64,000 nt of DNA from Mytilus californianus. Taxonomy: Eukaryota. Below the pieces are notes generated by a model. It was given only the letters and a program-made list of their open reading frames with translations, did not search any database and was not told where the DNA came from. A program made the translations under genes and the position numbers. Within the stretch, counting starts at the first letter, position 1, and each line of letters opens with the position of its first letter. The stretch lies in NCBI RefSeq assembly GCF_021869535.1, contig NW_026262690.1, forward strand, positions 116,932,001-116,996,000. Reading direction: 5' to 3'. Below are positions 1 through 9,558 of this stretch, in pieces.

Positions 1-202
1 TAAAATCGATATCATAATTGAACGCCTCTAAATATAATATTGGTTGAGATCACTTTAATAATTCATTCTTATCTACAAAATTATACCTGTCAAATTTTTA
101 ATCATGTATAAATAAGAACTATGACATTTGATTCTTATTGTAATTATGTTTTACATTCATATATATTATTCTAAAATGTGTTATTTGAAAACATACACTT
201 AC

Positions 203-323
203 ATTGTCTCTGATATAGTACATAAATTCGTTTGCTTCTTTCAAAATTGCCTCGTCATGTGCAATACGTATACGAAACGTTTTGTGTTTATATTTACCTT
301 GTGAGGATTCCAAAGGAAAACAC
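203..323 (-). other. Exon-like segment of an unidentified gene continuing off the left edge (CFPLESSQGKYKHKTFRIRIAHDEAILKEANEFMYYIRDN)
   Basis: CAG acceptor (326-324), GTAAGT donor (202-197), one open frame across 121 nt; homologous copy with intron flanks at 15323-15445. Protein family not recognised. Confidence 0.4.
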
Positions 324-829
324 CTGTTTCTATAAATATAACATATATGATTAAAGAGCCTTGTGGTTATAAGTCATGGCATGACTGTGGAACTGCTGTA
401 GGCTATTAACAAGTTTCAGGAAGATGAAACGTTTATTGCTAGAATTGAAGTAGTTTTCTACGAAATGAAATGAACTGATTGTTTTTGTAATAACGTACAA
501 CTTTCTGCTTCATTTGCATTAAAATTTGTGCATTTTACAACTTCTTTGCTGTAACGCATACAAAATTAGCATGAAACGTTTATGTTTACAAATAATAATA
601 AATAATTGAACTATTCATTTTTTAATCTTTGATATTATCTTTTTCCAATCTTTGAGAGATTACCGAAATCATGTACGCACGCTTATAAAAAATATTTAAA
701 CAATTTGATTAATATCATACATGTTCTTCCTGTAAATTATTTTGTTTAAAAATGTGTTCAACTTGTTATAAACATTCACATTAGAGATGTAGCCCAATCC
801 CGTTCTTTTTTTCTTCAATGTATTGAAGT

Positions 830-1060
830 TTGTCCGTTTATAAATTTATAAAAGATTAAGAAACTAAGGTTTCAACTCCATCAGGCAAAGTTGACCTTAG
901 ATGAATTTGGCTATTATTCAAGGTAATTTTGGTCATATAGCTCTTCAAGTGTTTCGAGTCTTATACATCTTTGGCCTTGCCCTTCAAATTTTGACTTTGA
1001 GCTTTTCTAATGAAGTTAAATCCAGAAAAAAGCAACTATTTTATGGAGTGTTATTTTCAT
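830..1060 (+). mobile_element. Retrozyme-like repeat unit (subfamily 1) with degenerate hammerhead at 1001-1028
   Basis: Aligns by eye with 13400-13630 and 13755-13960. Carries CTAATGA-AGTTAAATCCA-GAAA (G5 lost, stems I and III decayed). Confidence 0.65.
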
Positions 1061-1820
1061 TTACTAACACTAGGTCGATTCCTCTGCTAGTGGACACATC
1101 TTACTAACACTAGGTCGATTCCTCTGCTAGTGGACACATCTTACTAACACTAGGTCGATTCCTCTGCTAGTGGACACATCTTACTAACACTAGGTCGATT
1201 CCTCTGCTAGTGGACACATCTTACTAACACTAGGTCGATTCCACTGCTAGTGGACACATCTTACTAACACTAGGTCGATTCCTCTACTAGTGGACACATC
1301 TTACTAACACTAGGTCGATTCTTCTGCTAGTGGACACATCTTACTAACACTAGGTCGATTCCTCTGCTAGTGGACACATCTTACTAACACTAGGTCGATT
1401 CCTCTGCTAGTGGACACATCTTACTAACACTAGGTCGATTCCTCTGCTAGTGGACACATCTTACTAACACTAGGTCGATTCCTCTGCTAGTGGACACATC
1501 TTACTAACACTAGGTCGATTCCACTGCTAGTGGACACATCTTACTAACACTAGGTCGATTCCTCTGCTAGTGGACACATCTTACTAACACTAGGTCGATT
1601 CCTCTGCTAGTGGACACATCTTACTAACACTAGGTCGATTCCTCTGCTAGTGGACACATCTTACTAACACTAGGTCGATTCCTCTGCTAGTGGACACATC
1701 TTACTAACACTAGGTCGATTCCACTGCTAGTGGACACATCTTACTAACACTAGGTCGATTCCTCTGCTAGTGGACACATCTTACTAACACTAGGTCGATT
1801 CCTCTGCTAGTGGACACATC
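1061..1820 (+). repeat. 40-bp minisatellite, 19 near-identical copies (TTACTAACACTAGGTCGATTCCTCTGCTAGTGGACACATC)
   Basis: Exact 40-nt periodicity with only scattered single substitutions and no spacers. Unit matches a sub-segment of the dispersed repeat seen at 13290 and 13640. Confidence 0.97.
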
Positions 1821-1889
1821 AAGTGTATCATAAGCTCAGTAATCAGTGTGTCGGTATTAGTTACATGATTTAAATTTGAATTTTTCGAA

Positions 1890-2095
1890 AAAATAAGGAT
1901 TTTCTTATCCCAGGAATAGATTACCTAAGCCGTATTTGGCACAACTTTTTGAATTTTGGGTACTCAATGCTCTTCAACTTTGTACTTGTTTGGCTTTATA
2001 ACTTTTTTGATCTGAGCGTCACTGATGAGTCTTAGGTAGACGAAACGCGCGTCTGGCGTATTAAATTATAATCCTGATACCTTTGATAACTTATT
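1890..2095 (+). mobile_element. Hammerhead-carrying dispersed repeat (retrozyme-like subfamily 2)
   Basis: Shares blocks (CCTxAGxxGxATTTGGC, GCTCTTCAA, TGAGCGT) with subfamily 1 and contains the intact hammerhead at 2016-2059. Confidence 0.7.
2016..2059 (+). ncRNA. Type I hammerhead ribozyme, intact core
   Basis: Stem I GCGUCA(2016-21)/UGGCGU(2054-59); CUGAUGA 2022-28; stem II GUCU/AGAC with UAGGU loop; GAAA 2042-45; stem III is the palindrome ACGCGCGU (2045-52); GUC cleavage triplet, cut after 2053. Confidence 0.88.
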
Positions 2096-2142
2096 ATAAC
2101 AAACCTTACTTAAACTCTCCGTTGATAACATTTTTGCGTAGG

Positions 2143-2170
2143 GCGTTCCTAATGAAGGTGAATCCAGAAA
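2143..2170 (+). ncRNA. Degenerate hammerhead remnant (subfamily 1)
   Basis: GCGTTC-CTAATGA-AGGTGAATCCA-GAAA; G5 is mutated and the stem III/cleavage half is missing. Confidence 0.55.
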
Positions 2171-3631
2171 ACATATCCAACTAAGTCAGACATCACGTGA
2201 CTTTTGTGACGTATACCAGCCGCCATTTTGTATTATATTGCCCCATATAAAATGCATAGGTGCTTCAATAAAGTTGAGTTTTCTCATGAACCTGACCCGT
2301 TTTCTAACTTTTGCAAATCAATCCTTGATATTCAAACATATTTCTATCAAACAATGTTGGTCCTAACAGTTTAATTTTTGATTAAATTCTGTCACTGGAG
2401 AATCGTAAAAACATGTACTTTTTCTCGTTATTTCTCCGTTGACTCAATGCTAAATTACCGATACCCATGTCTACTTGTATAACAAATAAAGAAATTCCGT
2501 TAATAAAAATAAAACTTTGCAACTCGATTAAGTGTATTCAAACATATATCTGGCGAAAAATACTATTTAAAACAGTTTAATTTCTGGGCAATTTCGGTCA
2601 AAAATCGATTTAAAAAAGTGAATATTTCGGGATTTTTCAAAATGGCGGATGATGTATATGGAAATGTTGCATCAAATCGAGGATTTGTATAGTAAGACTT
2701 TCCTTGATTTAATTTAATTTTCATGTAGAATCTCTGATGTTTCTGTTATTTTCTTTGGTGATATTTCGATATGATTGATTTCAAAATTTATTGATTTAAA
2801 TAAAAAAATATTATTTTAAGTGTGACACGGGAAAATTTTATTTTGACAGATATCCAGGATATACTGTTACCAGAAAATAGTTAACAATAAAATTTATGAT
2901 AAAATTTTTTCTCTTCTTTTTTTAAAAGGTTTTTTTCCTGTTTTCTGTATAATTTATCTTTCTTTAGAAATATATTTATACATTCCTTTTAGAACAAAAA
3001 AATATTTACGTCCAAAGAGAGAAAAAAATCCCAACAATTATTATAGATAAATATTCCATACCTTCAAAATCCCATCACTTGACGAACAGGTGAACTCTGA
3101 CTTTGGATGTAATGTTACATAACAATATATTGTCAGGTAGACGTGCAAACCAAAAGCAACCAGGTGACATTAAACATCCTGTGTATACATGTATTACCAG
3201 AGTTTAAATTTTGTGATATACAAAAGTTTTCATAACTGTACAAATAAATATCTTCTCTTCCCCGTGTCAAACCAGAAGAAGTATGTATCATAATAAACTT
3301 AAAGAAAATATGAATATTATAAAAAAAAATCTTCAAAAAAAAAATTTTTGCTTTAAAAGATAATCAAACTAATATTTATGTTTCTATGATTATTTAAAAA
3401 AAATATTTTGATTCAAATTTTAATTTAAATGGATTTTGTATTATTTCGTAAAAAATTAAACGAGATTTCATTGAATATGATTTTATTATTTATTTTTTTA
3501 ATTCAATATTTTAAGCAAAATCCAGGCATTCAATAAATCGATATAAAGTTAAACTTGTGTAAAAAAATTTATTATTGTATACATTTCAACAGAGACATAT
3601 AATACAATTGCTTTGATTTCAACAACATTGT

Positions 3632-3730
3632 ATACCCGACAATATTTATCGACAGAGTTATCGGTCCTGAATAGGACTGATATAGTTGGGTATGAAAAAC
3701 GCTTCGGACGCAACTAGTTTATAAAGTGTG
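3632..3730 (+). other. 3' half of a subfamily-1 hammerhead preceded by a nested double hairpin
   Basis: GAAAAACGCTTCGGACGC at 3694-3711, followed by the same downstream flank as at 13601. Hairpins ATACCCGAC/GTTGGGTAT and TATCGGTCCT/AGGACTGATA. Confidence 0.5.
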
Positions 3731-6700
3731 ATTTTTCATCATATCAAAGTAGATTACATAACATGGGGATATTCTGTGTTGCGCAGGTTACTTATTCATA
3801 TGTTTCACCTTTGTTTACTTGAATTCTTATTGATAGTAACTAAATCTTTATTTTTGCGCTTAGAAAAAAAGTGGACTTTAATAATATAAAAAATATAATT
3901 TTGGTTAACCTGTGGTAATTTTCTCACAGGAGGTCAAGTCAGAAAATATTTTTGAAACGATTCATATACACATTGTCATTAAGACGATATTTTTATGATA
4001 TCATTTCAAAAAATATTAGATTAAGAATTTCTAAATACATGTAATATTTTTATTTGGATATGTACACGTCATAGTTAAATGTATATTACAATACATAAAC
4101 ATGTGTACGGAACGTTAAATTTAAATAGACCACGGAAAGGTTTCCCAATAAATACCCTTTTTATACAAGTCTAACTCTAATGTGTGATGTGTATTATTTC
4201 ACATAATTGTGTAAATATTTGTAAATATTCATCAATAGTTTTCAGTCATTTAGCGAAATTGTATAATTGATTTAAGAAAGCGTTATAAAAGGCATTTTTA
4301 TTGTGATCAATGAAAAAGTTGATTTAAGCCAGTTATTCTATATATATTCGACATATTGTATTTGATAGTCAACCGTGGCGACAGGTATAAATAACGGACC
4401 ATTTGAGCTCTCTTCCGAGTTTTGGCGGATTTTTAGTTGCTCAGTCTTAAGTTTTCTTTGGAAGGTTTTATGACCTCTTAAATTGACTTTCCTTTTGTTC
4501 TTTTGGTCCTAGTGTTGTTTGCTTTTTTCGATTCATGATTGAATTGCCAGTCGGTATCAATTTTCTCCTACTTTTTATTTAATTTTCATGCTACCGAGTT
4601 TTCTTGTTAATAAACATTGCTTGCATTTGAATAAATCCATTTTAGTCCTTAGAATAGACGACCTTAATTCAGTCTTATGTAGTATATTGTGCAATGTATA
4701 AATTATTAACATGATTTTATTTGTTTTAAAGACCTTTCATTCATTTGAAAGAAAAGTTATTTCAATTTATTTATTTGATTTTTGTTTAGTTTTATTGCCT
4801 TCGACTTAAGTATAGCTCATTGAACAGGATTTTAGAATAGTTTAATTTATCTTCATATTGTATTACAAATATTAAATCAAGTTTTATAATCAACATCTTT
4901 TTACTTGTTGACCAATAAACATGCAATGTGAAGTTTGACTAGAAATGTCAATATAAATGCATGATCTTGACTGGAAATGTCAATATAAATACATGCTTCC
5001 GAGTCCAGTGCTCACGGTATTTGGTTTGGAATCAAAAAGATTTGGTATCAGATTCCTGTTTTCTTTGACTATATGGTACTTTGATTAAGAATATGCATGC
5101 CTTAATTCCCAGTATACCTAATATGACATGTTGTCAACGTTTTGTTTTAGTTCGATTCATATAATTTAAATGGATTTACATCGATAAGCAGTTGCCTCTT
5201 ATTCAATGGCAGTTTACATTGTTCGAGCTATTCAGTGTTGCTCGCTGTTTTCATGTCCGCATGTCTTTGCAAATACCTATATACTAGATTGTCTTTTATG
5301 TTATCGATGTTATGTGTTTCCTTTAGATGGAGTCTCTTTGGGAAATTATATGTTTTGCAAAATAGAAATCAGATTAGAAATAAGTCGGTTTTGGTTGTTT
5401 TCAATCTTTGCTGTGCGTCGTGGATTATTGCAGAAAAGAGAGGCGAAAGATACGATAGGGAAATTCACACTCCCAAGTCGAAAATAAACTGACAACGCCA
5501 TGGCATAAAAACGAAAAAAAAGACCAAAAGACAAACACCAGTATATAAAACACAACATAGAAAAGTAAATACTGAGCAGCAATACGAACTCGACCAAAGC
5601 TCAGGGGTGTGCTTAGGTGATCTCATATTAGTTTCCTTTCAGTGTTTTATGGACTCTCATTTGCCTTTCTTCTTTTATCCATAATGTTGTCTGTTTTATT
5701 TGGACTAATGGTTTTTAATTGCCCTTTTTGAACATTATTTATAGTTCTGTGTTCCTGGCAGCAACAGTATATGAAGATAAGAATAATCAGTTTGATTTGT
5801 GGCGTATATAATCATACAACAACAAAATGTGTTTATATTTAACACACATATATACATATATAACAACTTTATTTTAAACATCATCTACAGTTCTGTATTA
5901 CTGGCAGCGAAACAGCATATAAAGATAAGAATAATCAATTGTATTTGTGGCGTATAGAATCATACAACAACAAAATGTGTAATTTGCTGTTCATAAACGC
6001 GGAAACACATATAAATGCACGCAAAGTTTCCATTTTAGGAGTAAACAAAATGCGTAATAGATTACTTTAATCCTGGTGGTATATAAGACGTTTAAAAAAT
6101 ACAATGTTTCAGATTTAGTTTGGTATCTTGTAACTTTGTATTATTGATTGATTGCTTTTAATGGTCGAGGAAGCTGGAGTACCCGAGTAGAACAACCAAC
6201 GTTCGGCACGTAAACTGATAATCGTATTCGATTAAGATTGTCTTGTTGAAATTTACTGTTGTAAGTTACGATATCTTCAAATCATCAAACAATAATGATA
6301 AAAACTTTTTGATGGTAATGAAAATTTTATTACAATAAATGCACGTTTATCAAACGAAAATTGTTGCATTTCAATAACCAAACATTCACAATTGCAAATC
6401 AGTATTATAACTGTTCATACTATATAACAGTCCGTAAAACATAGTTTATATATATATATATATATCCCTTTCATAAATATAATTAGCTTACAATAAAGCA
6501 TAAATCAATGAATACATGTTTATATAAATGAAATCTTATCAACCAACCACTATGTACTTAGATTCTAAATATTACAGCTAAGTGTATAGACAGTTCAAAC
6601 TAATGATCATGATTCATGGACGATAAAACATTCTCTAGTGCTGTAAAATTGGTACTGTTTATATTATCATATCTACTCTGTCATAGATTTTCGAAGTTCT

Positions 6701-6868
6701 TTGTCCTTGCCAGAATTCCTTGGAACAATTTTGATGTAGATGTAAATGTAGAATACGGCAAACAAGGAAACATTCCAATTATTCTTAGTATGTAAGTTGA
6801 AAATTGTCTCCTGATGGTCATATTAGGGCATATGGAATCCCATTGTAGGTCACTGTTAGTGCCAGAGT

Positions 6869-9242
6869 TCATGGCTCAAATCGTATACTTTGTTTCGCAC
6901 TAGGACAAACTAAGAGATGTTGATATAACATTTTCTGTAACTTTGCCTTTTCTGCACGGAGATTCCTAATTTCATTTGACTTCTGTGTGTTGTCTGCTTC
7001 CAGTTCTTGTATTTTCTGCAATGATAACTTTAGTTAAAAGCTACAAATCTGATGATATTTTAAAACTTATAAATATTTGCTTTTATATATGCCTGATAGA
7101 TCGTCAGAAACTGCCGAAAGTTAAGAAATTTAAAAATTACTTATTAGTTAAAACACAATTTTTAACCCTTTTTACAAATATTTACAACTCTGTTATTTTC
7201 AATACCTATAGATATTTCAAATTTGTTTAATTACAATTTCATAAACACAAGTTTAAGTTTTATCAAAGGCAAATCTTATATTCTTCAAATACTATTTTGA
7301 AGAATATACTGATATATCCATTCACACGTACCTTGCAAAGTGATGTTGAATTATTTTTCTTTCTATCACGGAATCTCTGTGCTGCCAGTCTATTTTGTTC
7401 ACGACGTTTAACAATTTTATCACGTTCTTCCTCTGTAAGCTGAAACAAAGTATTTGAAATTCAATGACAATTCTTAAATAATTCATAAAACTCTTCCTTT
7501 GTAGTTGCTTCGGTGCCTTTTAAAACTGCAGATTAAAACTTTCCGATTCCATCATATGATATACCCTGTCTATTTCGTTCATTCTTTAGTAGTTTTTTAG
7601 AATTTGGATGCGTTAATGAAAGAACTTTTAATTTGAAACATTCTTTTTGCTTTTTGTATTGAGAGAATTTAGTGATTTCAGACCCCTTACCGTTGCCGTT
7701 AACTTTTTTTGCCAGTTGTCTAGAGTATGGACGATCAAAAACTTAGATCCGTTATAAAGATCCTTTGCTATTGCTGTAAACAGTGTCCGACCCCATTCGT
7801 CACAACTCGGCCGATTCCGTACCTTCATCTAAGATAGAAGGAGAGTAGCGGATTCACCCGAGGATTGCCGATTGTGTCCGACCCCAGACCATTACATGTG
7901 TTTAAGGTTTTTTGTATCATTAGATTGCCTTTTGTTTGGCATAAACTTATGTGTTTACAATTAAACCCTCCAACACGCTTTCCCAAAATTTGACCAAATA
8001 ATATAAAAACATCTTGTCAGCGGTCTTGAAAATTACATTATCGTCAATCTTCCAATTAGCTAAGGCAAATTAAGATTACTGATGTTCTAATATCATTAAT
8101 TGCCAAAGAAGACAAATGAAGGTTACAAACAATAGCTAAACCTGTCTTTCCGTGTCCGAAAGATGGCTACTAAATATCCGATTTCATTACATCTCCTCAC
8201 CGGTCCTGTTAACGGCTTTAAAATCCATAGTTTTCTGTCATTGATAAATTGTATACAATGTGTGTTATGAAGTTAAATCATTAAAAAGTAAAATAACAAA
8301 AATACCGAACTCCAAGGAAAATTCAAAACGGAAAGTCCCGTATCAAATGGCAAAATCAAAAGCTCAAACGCATTAAACGAATGGAAAACAACCGCCATAT
8401 TCCTGACTTGGAACAGGCATTTCCTTATGTAGAAAATGGTGGATTAAACCTGGTTTTATAGCTAGCTAAACCTCTCACTTGTATGACAGTCGCATAAAAT
8501 TCCATTATATTGACAACAATGTGTGAACACAACAAACAGACATAATAGGTAAAAATGTCAAAAATAGGGGTACAGCAGTCAACATTGTGTTATAATCTTA
8601 ATCACTATAAAAACAAACAAATATATCAACAAAGAAAAACAAAACGGCATATAGACAAAGCACAAAAATGAATTAACCTACTTCATGCTTTGTTTCTTCT
8701 AGAAATTCTACTTTCATTTCGTGTTAACCTACCTCATGCTTTGTTTCTTCTAGAACTTCTACTTTCAGTTCGTGTTATCCGTGTTGAAGACCGTACTTTG
8801 ACCTATAATGGTTTACTTTTTTAAATTTTGACTTGGATGGAGAGTTGTCTCATTGGCACTCATACCACATCTTCTTATATCTACATAACCTACCTCATGC
8901 TTTGTTTCTTCTAGAAATTCTACTTTCATTTCGTATTAACCTACCTCATGCTTTGTTTCTTCTGAAGTTTAAATGTTAACCTACTCCTGCTTTATTTCTT
9001 CTGAAGTTTAACTGTTAACCTACCTCATGCTTTGTTTCATCTGGAAATTCTACTTTCATTTCGTGTTGGCCCTTTGCTAATCGTCTTGACTGAATTGTAC
9101 ATTTTAACTCTTCTTTTATCAGTGGCGCCATGTTCCCGGTTCCCAATGCTAGAAGTGTTGCAACTTCCAAATTGTTGTTGCCGTTTGCCATTTTAAACAG
9201 TATATTTTCTTCAAAGTCACACACATAAGAATTATCAAACAT
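6869..9242 (-). CDS. ATF3: ATF3/JDP2-like bZIP transcription factor, paralog A, 157 aa; CDS exons 9242-9024, 7439-7332, 7015-6869
   Basis: All introns GT-AG, phase 0. N-terminal APLIKEELKCTIQSRRL resembles the ATF3 motif TPFVKEELRFAIQNKHL. 108-nt basic-region exon (LTEEERDKIVKRREQNRLAAQRFRDRKK) as in Fos/ATF3 genes. Zipper exon ends HLLVCP. The symbol is family-level; orthology is untested. Confidence 0.88.
8282..8665 (-). mobile_element. Dispersed repeat (SINE-like, family uncertain) in intron of paralog A
   Basis: Related fragments occur elsewhere in the window (about 4400-4560, 5480-5610, 14340-14420); resembles common Mytilus interspersed repeats. Confidence 0.45.
8673..9065 (-). repeat. 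Five extra copies of the 3' end and splice donor of paralog A coding exon 1
   Basis: Copies at about 8673-8723, 8724-8774, 8887-8935, 8936-8963 and 8976-9004 versus the real exon end at 9015-9065; a SINE-like tail fragment interrupts at 8775-8886. Confidence 0.9.
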
Positions 9243-9473
9243 CTTGTCAAACTCTGTAAAAAAATAAGTTCTATAAAGTACTAGTAAATATATACGATGA
9301 TGATCATGTATTCAAGGGTTACTGCCTAAAACATGTTCTTAATTTGAATATACATAGCTTCAAATTGACAAAACTGTATACATCTTGATTGAAATTATAC
9401 TTCGTATACTTATTTCATAGTTATCAAACCTTCTAATAAAGATATTAACTCAGCATATACTATTGCGACTTAC

Positions 9474-9550
9474 CTTTTAAACGTTTCACATAACGTCATG
9501 TCTATTTATAAATTTTCGCTTACTCAGGAAAATCAAACGCATGCGCAGAT
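9474..9550 (-). promoter_or_regulatory. Putative 5' UTR exon end / proximal promoter of paralog A
   Basis: AG|GTAAGT donor at 9473 pairs with TACAG acceptor at 9254. TGACGTTA (9491-98), TATAAATA (9503-10) and NRF1-like TGCGCATGCG (9538-47). Confidence 0.5.
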
Positions 9551-9558
9551 CTTACTTC

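Noticed and set aside
1061-1820. CRISPR-like appearance of the 40-bp array (also the 61- and 65-bp arrays)
   Set aside because: Units are contiguous and near-identical with no unique spacers, there are no cas genes, and the context is eukaryotic.
3060-3240. Possible minus-strand exon ending ...TIYCYVTLHPKSEFTCSSSDGILK|GT
   Set aside because: No frame is open from a plausible acceptor to the donor, and no homolog was recognised.
7628-7828. 66-aa ORF in the intron of paralog A
   Set aside because: No recognisable domain or splice context; may be a transposon relic but cannot be assigned.
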